Assembly (NCBI GenBank): GCA_030265395.1
Contig: JARFYF010000056.1
Location: 13,461,593 to 13,525,592 of the forward strand
DNA: 64,000 bases
Direction: 5' to 3'
DNA from: Rhina ancylostomus
Taxonomy: Eukaryota
Shown: one piece after another, positions 49,600 to 62,600 of the stretch
Position numbering within the stretch: the stretch's first letter is position 1
Layout of the letters: each line of letters starts with the position of its first letter
Translations under genes and position numbers: made by a program
Notes under the pieces: model-generated
Database searches by the model: none
Seen by the model: the letters and a program-made list of their open reading frames with translations, nothing else
What the model was told of the DNA's origin: nothing

Positions 49600-49860
49600 G
49601 GAATAAAAAATATAGTCCGTGAATGTCTGATTTGCAGCAATCGGACACCACTGTACTTACTAGCACCAAGCAACCTGCGCCGGTCGTTTGACCCTTTTCC
49701 CCTCCTCGTACGCGTTTGATTGACAGGCACGGTGACGAATAAAGTCTCGTACCCTCCCCGGGGTGTGCGGGTGCTTTACTGCACATGCGCCTACCACACC
49801 AGGACTTTGGAGAATTGTTTGTTGAAGTCTGCACTTGGTGTTAAATGTGTATGCTCGCAA
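49600..49860 (-). promoter_or_regulatory. CpG-rich slc27a4 promoter
   Basis: Locally high CpG density in a CpG-poor window; PBX/PREP decamer TGATTGACAG 49717-49726; NRF1-like TGCACATGCGCC 49780-49791; DR1-like TGACCCTTTTCCC 49689-49701. Confidence 0.7.
49661..49720 (-). other. slc27a4: Probable non-coding exon 1 of slc27a4 (5' boundary/TSS unknown)
   Basis: CTA|GTAAGT donor at 49661/49660 inside a CpG-rich stretch, 374 nt upstream of the exon 2 acceptor; human SLC27A4 also has a non-coding first exon. Confidence 0.6.
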
Positions 49861-50850
49861 ATAAGAAGGAATTCATAAATGATTCTGCTTTACAGTATAA
49901 AAAAGTCTTATAAAGGGAGAATCGTTCCCTAATAAATTATCTTCGTTTGGTTAACTGTGTTTCTCTCCCTGCAGCTGCTGCCTGACTTGCTAAGTTTACC
50001 AGAATTCTCCTTCTTTAGTTCTGCTTTTGAATAGTTAACATGTGCACGTTAAAATATTTATTTATATAGCGCCTCTTATATGTGAGGTCCCAATGTACTT
50101 GTTCTTTAAGGCCTATCTGAGCGACCAGATGATGAGGCATCATTTTAACATATCCTCCACAAGGTGTCATCTCCAGTAACAGAGTACTCCCTTGGCATTG
50201 CACTGAGGCAAGACATCTTAGTGAATGATGGAACAGGTACAAAAGGCTGAATGGCCTGTTTCTGCTTTCATTTTTTAAAAAACTTTGTATTCTTAGGACC
50301 AAGGCACATAGTCTCTGAATAAAAGGTCATCTATTTGGATAAATACGAAAATTAATATCTGTACATAGAAGTTCGTGACGGTTTGTAGTTCTCTATAGAG
50401 CAGAGGATTTAAGATTGTAGATGCTCAATCAATGAGTACATTCAAGGATGAAGATTGGTAGATATCTGAACATTTGGGAAATCAGGATTTGGACATCCAA
50501 AGGGAAAAGAGGCTTGCTTGAGCTACAGGCTCAGCCACTGTCGTATTGAATAGCTCAAGAGGCTCAAGGAACTACATAGCCTTTTTTTTATTTACTTCAC
50601 ACAGTTCAGGATTATTCCTATTAAAATCATTAATCTGTGCTAGATTAGCTGATCTCAAATAAAAGAGAGCTGCTAATGAGCAAAGGCTGAAACCTTTAAT
50701 GGAGTAAAATCAGTCAGGATTTTAGGTGAATCATGATGTAATCTACTTCTCATATAAATTGTAATACCCATGGAATCAAACCTGCAGCAATAACACAATT
50801 CATGATGAACAAAGATTAACTGTAAATTAATTAAATTTTCTATCCAAACA

Positions 50851-50986
50851 TGGCGGCAGCACAATAGCGTAGTGGTTAGCACAACGCTATTACAGCACCA
50901 GCGACCCAAGTTCAATTCCCGCCACTGCCTGTAAGGAGTTTGTATGTTCTCCCGTGTCTGCGTGGGTTTCCTCTGGGTGCTCTGGT
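50851..50986 (+). mobile_element. V-SINE 5' part (runs into gap)
   Basis: GGCGGCAGCACAATAGCGTAGTGGTTAGC..GTTCAATTCC..V-domain. Confidence 0.88.
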
Positions 50987-51137
50987 NNNNNNNNNNNNNN
51001 NNNNNNNNNNNNNNNNNNNNNNNNNNNNNNNNNNNNNNNNNNNNNNNNNNNNNNNNNNNNNNNNNNNNNNNNNNNNNNNNNNNNNNNNNNNNNNNNNNNN
51101 NNNNNNNNNNNNNNNNNNNNNNNNNNNNNNNNNNNNN

Positions 51138-51352
51138 TTCTTTAGCCAGAGAATGGTGAATCTGTGGAATTTGTTGCCACAGGCAGCTGTGGAGGCAAAG
51201 TCATTGGGTGTATTTAAGGCAGATATTAAGGTATCTGAGTGGCCAGGATGTCAAAGGTTATGGTGAGCAGGTGGGGGAGTGGGGCGAAATGGGTGAATAG
51301 ATCAGCTCAATGGGCCGAATGGCCGACTTCTGCTCCTTTGTCTTATGGTCTT
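51138..51352 (+). mobile_element. CR1 3' end
   Basis: FFSQRMVNLWNLLPQAAVEAKSLGVFKA, then 3' UTR ending TCTTATGGTCTT. Confidence 0.85.
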
Positions 51353-52559
51353 TTATCTGCAAGACTTACAAATTCACAGAAAGTAGCAACATGATTCCAC
51401 AGAATTCTGGATTCATCCTCAAAGCCTTTTGAAATATCAAATCATTGTCAAAAATGAAGCACAATTATCAACTATTCAAAATGCTTATAAATCCCAAACT
51501 TTCCTCATTGAAATAGCTTTGTATGATAATGGTCAAAACATCAAACAGGACAATTTTCCCTTTACAAGATAAATGATTAGTAGGAAACATTTTTACAGAC
51601 TTAAAGCACACAGACAAGATTATGATGAAGAAGATGCAATCAAAGATTGTGTCCATCAAACTGTCAGGCATGTGATTTTAGAATTATAAAATAAGGAGAG
51701 TTCAGTAAAAACTTGGGCAATTTTGCAAGGAGCTGTGGACAGGACTGATCTGTACAAATGGGAACAGACTCCTCCAAGTGATCATCAGGATGGGTTATAT
51801 TAAAAATCCTCCAGAGAGAGGTCCAAATAATGTTTAATCTTAAGGGAAGTGTGGTCAGGAGTGATTACTTGAAGAGATAGGAACAAGCTCTTTAGAGTGA
51901 TTGATAGAGTTGTCTTCAAAATTAGAGTTAGAGAAAAGTACTTGCTAGTTGAATTATATTTAAAAGTTAAACACTTTTAACTTTTAAATATTAATCATAT
52001 TAAAGTACAGTAAGGTCATTAAAGTACAGAGGTAATATTGAAGAATATTTTGCAGAATCTTACATAATATAACTTTTGATAGTTTCTTGTAATACCTTAT
52101 ATGTAGTGTTGAGTTTATATTATTTTACTTGTGGCATTTCCTCAGTTTTAATAAATATTTTAAAGTGTTCTGGGCATGTGTTTGCTGCTTTGTGAGTTTG
52201 ACCATTTTAACCCACTGACATGAGTTCAGACTAAACTTATTGAACAGGTATAAGAGGCAACTGCCTACTCTACACAGATCCACTCACTATGTAAGGCCAG
52301 AAAGAATAAATGGTGGAAAATATTAGAATGAAAATGATGATCAAAATGAGAGCAAGTTGAAATTCTGTTTGAACTATTATTCTACAGCTTAAAACAAGCT
52401 ACATATAAAAATGGTGAATAGAGTACTGTTTGCAGTTTTGGGCTTCAAACTACTGCAAAGTAATTGAGAAAACTTAAGAACATAAGCAAAGATTCACATC
52501 TTGATAAGGGAATACAAATATGACAAAAGACTTGAAAAAAATAGTAAAGTTGTGCATTT

Positions 52560-53120
52560 ATTGGTATTGGTATTAGTTTATTATTGTCACTTGTACCGAG
52601 GTACAGTGAAAAGCTTGTCTTACAAACTGATTGTATAGGTCAATTCATTACACAGTGCAGTTATATTGAGTTAGTACAGGGTGCACTGATGTAGTACAGG
52701 TAAAAGAAAATTACAGTATAAAGTGTCCCAGCTATGGAGAAAGTGCAGTGCAATAAGGTGCAAGGTCAGAACAAGTTAGATCGTGAGGTCAGAGTCCACC
52801 TCATCGTATAAGGGAACCGTTCAATAGTCATATCACAGTGGGGTAGAAGCTGTCCTTAAGTCTGATGGTATGTTCCCTCAGGTTCCTGTATCTTCTACCC
52901 GATGGAAGAGGAGAGAAGANNNNNNNNNNNNNNNNNNNNNNNNNNNNNNNNNNNNNNNNNNNNNNNNNNNNNNNNNNNNNNNNNNNNNNNNNNNNNNNNN
53001 NNNNNNNNNNNNNNNNNNNTGTCCACAACTCTCTGCAGTTTCTTGCGGTCCTGGGCAGAGCAGTTGCCATACCAAGCTGTGATACATCCAGATAGGTTGC
53101 TTTCTATGGTGCATCTCTAA
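52560..53120 (-). mobile_element. Rex1/Babar 3' fragment
   Basis: FSPLPSGRRYRNLREHTIRLKDSFYPTVI, then 3' UTR ending ACAATAATAAACTAATACCAATACC. Confidence 0.85.
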
Positions 53121-54154
53121 AAGTTGTGCTGTTTCAACGCACTTACACTGAATAATGTTTAAAAGAATTTGAAAATGGGATGCATTTTCTTACTGTACAA
53201 GGGCCTCAGAGATATTATCCATCTAAAGAAAACAGTGTTATGCAGTTGAGGATTGCTCCAGAGTAGAGCAATTTTTTGGTGTCTTAGAAGGAAATTCATT
53301 TCAATTTCTGATTTTCTTTGGCAGATTGTTTGCCACAGCACCAATTCTCTATAGGAAATGTACTATGTGCCGAATTTGCTCAAAGCTCATTGGTATTCAT
53401 CGCATAAACTAGTTCAAAATAAGCCAGAATCAAAATTGGATCAATGCAATAATTCTTTTCTACATTTAACTAGAGTATTGATTTAAAATATTTATACATA
53501 ATGTTATTCAAAAGCTTTATTTTAAATTACAAATAGCATTTTGCTCAAGAACAGTCAATAGATTCGATAGCAAAGTGTGAATACAGTTTATTCTTTGACA
53601 TTTTCATTTGCTATGTTTTTTATATTACAATAGTGACTACATTTCAAAATGTACTTAGGCTTAAAATGTTTTAGGATATCCCAAGTTCATAAAAGATTTG
53701 AGATAATGTGAGTGCTTTCATTCTTTAGTTCTAGTATGAATTTTCTAATGCAATCATTGACCAAGATATAGAAACATGGTCTAGGTAGTGGCAATGTATT
53801 CAGGCTAGGCAAAAAAAAGTTACTCAGGTTATACCCATAGACGAGCCCTTGGTCTGCAGTCTTGTAGTTTATGGCGATTTAAATCTTTATCCAGTTACCA
53901 TTTAAAAGTGACAAGGATTTCTATCTCAAGCACCCTTTCAGCCAGTGAATCCCAGAGAATTATACTCTTCGTGAAAACAATTTCTTAATTTCCCTCTAAT
54001 CTTCTACCAGTTATCTTAAGATTTATTCCCCTGGTTACTAATATCTCTACTCAGGGAAGCAGATCTTTTTTGTTCACCCTGTCAGGCTCTTGTAATTTTA
54101 TATCCCTTCTTTAAATCCCCCCTCAATATCCTTTGTTCAAATGAAAACAACTCT

Positions 54155-54690
54155 CTGGAGTGTGCAATTCTGGTTGCCACACTGCAAGAAGGATAAGATT
54201 ACATAGGACAGATACAAAGGATATCCTCCAGGATGTTGCCGGCAATGGAGTATTTCATCTATGAGGAGTGACAGGATAAGCTGGGTTTTTTGTTTTGGAG
54301 TGGAGGAATCTGAGGGGGGTAATAATTGATATATACAAAATTATGAAGATAATGATCAGGGTTAAATAGTGAGAAACTTTTCCCTTTAGCAAAGATGTCT
54401 ATAACCAAAGGGCATGGGTTTAGGGTAAGTGGTAGGGAAATTAGGGGTGATGTCAAGAAGAATGTTTTCACCCAGAGAGCGGTAGACATCCAGAACCCAC
54501 TGCTTGAGGGGGTGGAAGAGCTAGGTTCTCAGACCAACCAAGAAATATTTAGATGACACTTGCATGGCAGAGCAGGCTACGGGCTGAGTGCTGGAAAATG
54601 GGTTTAATGTAGATAGGTACCTGATGATCCACATAGACATGATGGGACAAAGGGCCTGTTTCTATGCTGGTTGACATTATGACTCTAAAA
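54155..54690 (+). mobile_element. CR1 3' fragment
   Basis: LECAILVA..RNLRG..TKGHGFRVSG..NVFTQR remnants and 3' UTR; abuts an opposite-strand CR1 piece at ~53870-54150. Confidence 0.7.
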
Positions 54691-55044
54691 CTCTGATATT
54701 GCTGCTCAGTAGCCAAACATAGGAAGATGTATGAGGAGCCCCTATATTTGTACTCTAATTTTTCCCTCTACTAGTCATTCGTCTGCCTATGAACCCTGTT
54801 TAATGACTCATAATGTGAGGATATTTTGTTTTTGACTTTGGGTACTTATATTCATTGTATACACATACATTAGTCATTATTTAAGAGGAATAGGTTTAAA
54901 GAAACAATGATAGTTAACAACCGCATTTTTTTGAATGAGTGGTTTTTAGATGACCTGCTACAACAATGTTCAGAATTCTGGAACATTTAGTGAATAAACC
55001 ACAATAGTTCTGCTGTCTGAGACCATGTTAGGTTAAATTTCATG

Positions 55045-55445
55045 CAGAAGACAAAAGACACTGCAGATGCTGGAATCTGGGGGGAGAAAAACAGAACACT
55101 GGAAGAATTCAGTGGGCTAAGCAGCATCTGTGGAGGTAAAAGGTGTAAGTTGGCATTTTGGGTTGAGAACCTGCATCAGCACTGAGACAGAAGAGGAAAG
55201 GTTGCCAGTACATAGCAGTACAAGGGGTGTGGAGTGGGATAGAGGCTGGTAGTTGACAGGTGGAGACAGATGGGGAGGAGGTGATGGGCATATGGAACCA
55301 AGCGGGGTGAGTGGATGGGAAAAGTGAACAAAGGGAGAAGAAAACTAGGTGGATGGGTGAGTGTGTGTGGGAGAACACTGTGGATGTGGGTTACCTGTAA
55401 TTGGAAAATTTAATGTTCATACCATTGGGTTGGAAGCTACCCAAA
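55045..55445. mobile_element. Penelope-like element fragment
   Basis: ACTGCAGATGCTGGAATCTGG..CTGGAAGAATTCAGTGGGCTAAGCAGCATCTGTGGAGG.. then GTTACCTG..TTGGAAAATTTAATGTTCATACC. Confidence 0.65.
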
Positions 55446-57355
55446 TTCCAGTTCCTGGGAAACCAAAGAAGCACGGAAAATGTGTTGGAAAAAAGCTTTT
55501 AGCTTGGCTCAACTTGAATCCAAGGAGGTCTAGTGTAATGAAAGAAATATTTGGATTTCTTAAGCAAATGTCACCTCCTCAGAATGTCATGAAGCACTTT
55601 ACAGTCAACAAAATAGCTCTTTGTTATGTATTCACTATTGTAATTTAGGGTACACAACGGCCAACTTGAATGCAGCACACAGCAACATGATAAATTGAAA
55701 TGCATTCTTCCAAATGAGAGATACACATTCCACTGGCAAGTGCTCTATTGACAATTATGAACAACATTTTCATTCATTTCAATACTCAGATCAAAGGCAT
55801 TCTGTAGGCATCAGCTTTCAGAATCTGAACCAGGTTAAACAGGAATTTCCTTTTGGATTTACCAGATCCGCATCAATGTTGGAAACATCAATGCAGGAAA
55901 GCTTAGTCACGTCAACATTCACCCAATAACTTACCATGATATAGGAGGCACGATGCATTCAAAACAGCGCTAAGGTAATGGAATTCACAATATGCAAATT
56001 GGCTACCTAAATGTTTCCTAAATTACAACAGTGTCTTCAAGCATCGTTTGTACATTCTTTGACATATCTGGTTCTGCCTAGGTGATCACTCCAAATCCAA
56101 ACAAACAGGGGTAAAATTTACTCTTGGTTGTAGGCTTTCAAGGTTGTATTCACAATTGGATCTACCAGAATAGTAAGGCATAGGGAAGGATTCTTTTAAA
56201 AAATTCTGGATCAGAGAACATTACTGATTATAAAAACTGTCTTTAAAGGTCAATCTCCTTTTACAATCAGTATCTTGAGTCTGATTTCAAATATTGTACC
56301 TGTGTTTCTTTCTACACTTTACCAGCTCTCATTATGTGGTCAGCTTGAACAGAGGAAGAAGGGAAGCTGAACCCGAAGAACACAATCCTGTGCAAAACAA
56401 TGCTGTCAGAAATGTCAACCAAAGTCACCTTGGAGATGATTGTTTTAGCATTGTATGCATTGATGAGAGGATAAAAGATATTCTGCTCTAATTAACTACT
56501 ATATTTCTGTTAAATTACTGATACATGAGTTTCATTCCATAAAATTTAAATTAGATCTCATATTGTATGACATTCAAAGATTGGATTGTTCCAGGGCATA
56601 AAGTGGTCCAGCATCTGAAAGCTATTACCAAAAAGAGTTTCCTGAAAATGCATCTGTGTATGTTATTGAAATTCTACCTGAATCTGAAAGCTGTACTTGA
56701 TACACTGGAAAGTTTTGGGAATGTGGAAGTGATCCAAGATACAAAATGACAAAGAGTGAGGAACTCAGTAAAAATGCAATAACAAAGCAGAAGCAACAAC
56801 AACTATGAAAACATTGGTTACTAATTGTAGCTGAAAAAGTAAAGATGAAGCTAAGTAAGTAGGTAGCGTGGAACAGGGGTGGCATAGCAGTTAGCATAAC
56901 TCTATTACAGCACCAGCNNNNNNNNNNNNNNNNNNNNNNNNNNNNNNNNNNNNNNNNNNNNNNNNNNNNNNNNNNNNNNNNNNNNNNNNNNNNNNNNNNN
57001 NNNNNNNNNNNNNNNNNNNNNNNNNNNNNNNNNNNNNNNNNNNNNNNNNNNNNNNNNNNNNNNNNNNNNNNNNNNNNNNNNNNNNNNNNNNNNNNNNNNN
57101 NNNNNNNNNNNNNNNNNNNNNNNNNNNNNNNNNNNNNNNNNNNNNNNNNNNNNNNNNNNNNNNNNNNNNNNNNNNNNNNNNNNNNNNNNNNNNNNNNNNN
57201 NNNNNNNNNNNNNNNNNNNNNNNNNNNNNNNNNNNNNNNNNNNNNNNNNNNNNNNNNNNNNNNNNNNNNNNNNNNNNNNNNNNNNNNNNNNNNNNNNNNN
57301 NNNNNNNNNNNNNNNNNNNNNNNNNNNNNNNNNNNNNNNNNNNNNNNNNNNNNNA

Positions 57356-57885
57356 TTCTGAGGCTGGGCCCTCTGGTCCTAGACTCTCCCACTACTGGAA
57401 ACATCCTCTCCACGTCCACTCTATCCAGGCCTTCTAATATTTGGTAGGTTTCAATGATATTCCCCCTCATCCATCTAAACTCCAGTGAGTACAGGCCCAG
57501 AGCCATCAAACGCTTCTCATACGTTAACCCTTTCATTCCTGGGATCATTCTTGTAAACCTCCTATGGACCCTCTCCAATGCCAGCACATCCTTCCTTAGG
57601 TATGGGGTCCAAAACTGCTCACGATACTCCAAATGTGGTCTGACCAATGCCTTATAAAGCCTCAGCATTACATCCTTGCTTTTATGTTCTAGTTCTTTTG
57701 TAATGAATGCTACTTGCCTTCCTTACTAACAACTCATCCTGCAATGTAACTTTCAGTAGGACCTGCACCAGGACTCTCAAGTACCTTTGCACCTCTGATT
57801 TCTGAATTCACTCCCCGTTTAGAAAATAGTCTATGCCTTTATTCCTTCTACGCAAGTGCATGACCATACACTTCCCTCCGCTGTA
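57356..57885 (-). mobile_element. CR1 RT C-terminal fragment
   Basis: [48 protein letters not shown]...GESRTRGPSLR. Confidence 0.92.
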
Positions 57886-57974
57886 GGCACATGATGTAGG
57901 TCTTAATAGTAGGCACGGAGGGCCAAAGGGCCTGTTTCCATGCTGTATAACTTCATGGCCTATAGGTTTGGGAT

Positions 57975-58227
57975 TTTTTATTTTTATTTTATTTATTTAC
58001 AGCGTGGTAACAGGCCCTTTTGGCCCGATGAGTCCGCGCCGCCCAATTTAAACCCATATTAACCTACCCGTACATCTTCGGAATGTGGGAGGAAACCGGA
58101 GCACCCGGAGGAAACCCATGCAGGCAAGGGAGAACGTACAAATTCCTTACAGACAGTGATGGGAATTGAACCCTGATCGCTGGCGCTGTGATAGCGTCGT
58201 ACTAACCGCTACGCTACCGTGCTGCCC
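57975..58227 (-). mobile_element. Young full-length V-SINE with (TAAAA)n-like tail
   Basis: CpG-retaining tRNA head GGGCAGCACGGTAGCGTAGCGGTTAG, V-domain, tail. Confidence 0.9.
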
Positions 58228-58439
58228 TATACTGTATTTATACAAACTAACTAATTTACAGCAGCATAGTGGTTACAAATAAACATTGGTCTGTTCTTCG
58301 GGTGAGGATGTTGCTAACAAAATTTGAGATGAACATGAGGCACTGCAGAATAGGTCTTGTTCATGGCCTAATTCTGCCTGCTTCACTGGTACTGAGTATA
58401 CTGTAACTAAATCATCATTTATATCCATATTTTATGGTG

Positions 58440-59600
58440 GAAGGAAGTTATTGGTGGTTGTGCCCAGGACACTGCCTGGAAGAAATCCTGCACTGATATC
58501 CTGAGGTGAGAATGATTGGCTTCCAGCTACTACAACCATCTTCCTTTGTGTGACTTCAGACACAGGAGTTTTTTCGCTTTGATGCCCATTGACTTTACCA
58601 GGGCATCTTGATGAAATAAATGTTNNNNNNNNNNNNNNNNNNNNNNNNNNNNNNNNNNNNNNNNNNNNNNNNNNNNNNNNNNTGTTTGAAGCAATGTTGT
58701 GATGAGGCCTGGAGCCAAGTGGAACTGATGTAACCCAAACTGGGCATCAATGAGCGGGTTATATGTGAGTATGTGTTAATTAATAGCACTGTCAATGACA
58801 GCTTCCATCACTTTGTTGAAGATTAAGAATGGACTAAGTGGTAATTGTCCTGCTTCATGTGAACAGAACACACCTGAGCAATTTTTTACATTGTTGAGTA
58901 GATGCCAGTGTTTTAACTTTATAACCTGGCTAGTGGCACAGCCAATTCTGAAGTGTTGGCCTTCAGAATTATAGCTGGGATGTTGTCTGGTCCCATAGCC
59001 TTTGCTGTATCTAGTGCTCTCAGCCATTTCTTGATATCACATGGTATGAATGGAATTGGCTAGAGATTGCCTTCTGTGATGGTGGAGATCTCAGGAGGAA
59101 GCCAAGGTGGATTGTCTATTTGGCACTTCTGCCTGTTCTTGGTTGCAAAGCTTCAATCTTGTCTTTAGCACTCACACATCGGCCCTGGCATCATTAAGGA
59201 TAAGAATGTTCTTGCAGCCTTCTCCTCCTAATAACTGTTTTATTATCCACTGCCATTCGCATCTAGATGTGGTAGTACTGCAGAGCTTCCATCTGATACT
59301 TTGGCTATGAGATTGTTTAGTTCCATGTATCACATGCTTTTGTTAACTGTTAAGCACACTAGGCTGGGTACTTTCTCACCTTTAGGCATGCATATTTCTG
59401 CGAATGGCATGCCCTTCTGCACTCCTTATTGAACCAGCAGTGATCCCTTGTCTTGATAATATGGTAGTGTGGAGGATATACCAGGTCCTAAGGTTACCTG
59501 TTGTAGTATTGTACACTTCCGCTGCTGCTGCTGGGCCTCATAGATGCTCAGCTTTGAGCTGCCAGATCTGTTCTGAGTCTATCCCATTTGGCACAGGTGT
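58440..59600 (-). mobile_element. Degenerate non-LTR retrotransposon ORF2 fragment (clade not resolved)
   Basis: CDIKKWLRALDTAKAMGPDNIPAIILK..KVMEAVIDSAIN; stops and frameshifts. Confidence 0.7.
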
Positions 59601-62600
59601 CCTCATTTAAGAGGCAACCACATGAGGTGGGTCTGGAATCACATATAGGCCAAAATGGGTAAAGATGTAAGATTTCCTCCCCTAAGGACATCAGTGAACT
59701 AGATGGGTATTTCACCATTCAGTTAGATCATGGCTGATCTATATAAAAAGTCCATTAATTCACTTTTGTTCCATAGTCATACTAAGAAAAGCCTGTCAAC
59801 AGCAGTTTTTAAAATTTTCTATTGACCTTGTCCCCTACAGCTTCTTGGGAGAGGAAGCTCCAAATTTCTGTAGCTCTTTGTGTGGAGAAATACTTCTTGT
59901 TTTAATTTTAGTGTCTGCCACTTAGTTGTGGAAATCCTCTCCCTACTAACACATACTTTTAGGCATGTTAGACACAATGCCCTGTGGTCAACCCTCACAA
60001 TGGTTCAGAGGAAGAATAAGAGGAAAGAACATGCAACTAATAACAGCTATCCTTTTTGAATTGGCAATGATTTTGTGACTGATGGAATTAGTGACAAGAA
60101 CCTATCTCCAGGTCACAGATTGAAACCAGAACAATTGCTCTAATGTTAAAGAACAGCAAAATGATACGACACAGGAGCCCATTTATCACAATGTGCCTAT
60201 GCCAGAACTTCCAAAGAGCTTTCCCATTAGTCTCACCCCCTGCTCTTACCTGTAACCCAGCAAGATCTTCCACTTTAAGCTTTTGTCTGATTTTCTTTCT
60301 GAAGCAAACTGTGCAGGACTGGTAGTCTCTGTGTATGTGCAAAGAAGGTTGAAACAAATTTTATAAACTGTGCTACCCGTGCTTTAGTTTTAGTTCCTTA
60401 AAATATTGTACAAAAATGCCACATGAAGCAAAAGAATTTTTTAGCTCCCAAACATAGGACATACATAGGAGGAAGATTGTGACTAGGTTTTCTGCAATAT
60501 CAATCTGAAGGATACCATGTCTTGCAATATACCTTGGAATTCCAGCCTGGATAATTTGTGTAGGTGCTAAGGTTTTTCACATATAACTTAAAGGTAAAAC
60601 AATGAGTAATCAAACAGGTTCAGTTTGAAATAATCTCACAGTGTGCTGTAAAATTGCAAACTTACAGCACAGTGGTGCAGCAGGTAATTGAGTTAGATTT
60701 TGATCTTGGGTGCTGTCTGTGTGGAATTTCCACATTCCATTTTTCACCCACTTTGAAAGACATGCTGATAGATTTATTATCTATTGTAAATTATTCACAA
60801 CATAGGTAAGTGACAAAGGATAAATGGGGAGTTGATGGCCATATGAGAGAAGATCATTTGTAGGGTTATGGGAAATAAGAAAGAGAATGGGACAGATGGG
60901 ATTATTCTGCTGGGAGCTGACATAGACCTAATGGTCTGAATGGCATTCTTTTGTGCTGTATTAATGATAATAAAAATGTGAGGATATTTTTCTATATGGT
61001 GACTCAACACTTGAGGGAAATTGGAAGTAATGTTAAATTTATTTAGAAAAGTAAGGAAAAACACTACTGTTTGAGAACAGAATTAAAGGACAAACAAGAA
61101 GGAAGGGAGAAATCAGAAAGGAATATGTACTTTTACTAATGGGTATTGAATAAAAAGCAATTTGGAATGAGGAAACCTCTCCATCAATACTTTCATTCAA
61201 AGATATTACTACAGTGAAACAGCAGGCAACATTCTACATTCAGTTTAGCCGGGCTGATTGCACAATTACCTCTATTACTAGAAACTATGGGCAACACTTG
61301 GGCTCCTATGTAACATTGAGAGGCTGCTTCATATGTTCCATTGTGCCTGTTCAAATGACTTTTGGTAATTGCATATCTCAATTTGCAGAGTCATGTCCCA
61401 ATCAACACTTTTTGTGGAGTCAATACTTCTAATTAACTGTAAATTTATCTCATTACAGTTTATAGAATGTGACTGCAGCATAATGGTTGTTCTGTTAGCT
61501 TGCCAAACAGATGCTGCACCTCAAAACCCATGCCCTAAGATAGTAGGGAATTGCATAGATTACATGAAATTTACAATATTACTTATTACACCTATACCAG
61601 TGCTCATGCTTTAAAAGAACTTCCTTTTACCCTATTTTATCTTAACTTATTGAATATCTTTCTATTACCTTTTCTATTTAGAAACATTATTCTTTACAGT
61701 CAAGAAGTATATATGATTAATGCCAAAATGGAAGTATATTTTTGTCTATTCTCCTTATAATAGGCTGTGTGTAACAAAATCTTTAAAGTTGCTTGGCAGA
61801 AGTCAGCCAAACTGGCTGTACCAATCAACATGATGCTTTTGGCTTGTTCTTCTACATTAAGATGTGATATAAATGCAAGTTATAGCTTTTTAGCATTCAT
61901 AGTCCAAGTCACAAGAGAATTCAGTGAAATAACTTTTTGTATTAGAGCTGAGTAGTTGGTGGAGAAAACCTTTCAATAAATTATTTAAAAAACGATCTGG
62001 GAGGTAGAAGGATTGTACTCCAAGTTATTTCTCAACATTCATGTTAATTTAAGTTACTTGAGGAAAATTTGGAGGATGACGGAAATAGGGCCAGGGATGG
62101 AACCAGTGAGTTGTTCTGGGGGAATAACTGGCATGGATACAATAGACTGAATGGCCTTCTTCTGTGCTGTAGCCATTTTATAATTTCACTAATTCAATAT
62201 CATCAGATTATTTTATTATTTCAGATTGCTATGAATTATCCATATTCTGTGCTCATAAATTAGCTTTGAATGATTATGCGAAAGACAATTCCCAGTAACA
62301 GAAATTTATGGTATGTAATGAAAGAGATCTTATTGAACTTTTCTCAAGAATGTGAGTCTTCCCAGCAAAACTTATCCATCCAAACTGTTCACTGTATTCA
62401 CAATACCAAGAGATACACATTACAAATAAAGAGGTTTCATCCAAATGCTGGCTGAATACTGGATGGTAGTTGTTGGGAAGAACACAAAACCAGAAAATAT
62501 AAAAAAGGCTACAGAGGTAATTTATAGAGAGAATGGATTTAGGGAGAGGATGAGAAGGTGAGTACATGGAACTCATTCATGAAACACCAGCAGGTTTGTT

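Noticed and set aside
60130-60255. Plus-strand peptide containing EPIYHNV (tyrosine-motif-like)
   Set aside because: Short frame bounded by stops with no convincing splice acceptor
62183-62206. Minus-strand CTGATGA-N12-GAAA hammerhead-like core
   Set aside because: The intervening TATTGAATTAGT cannot form helix II
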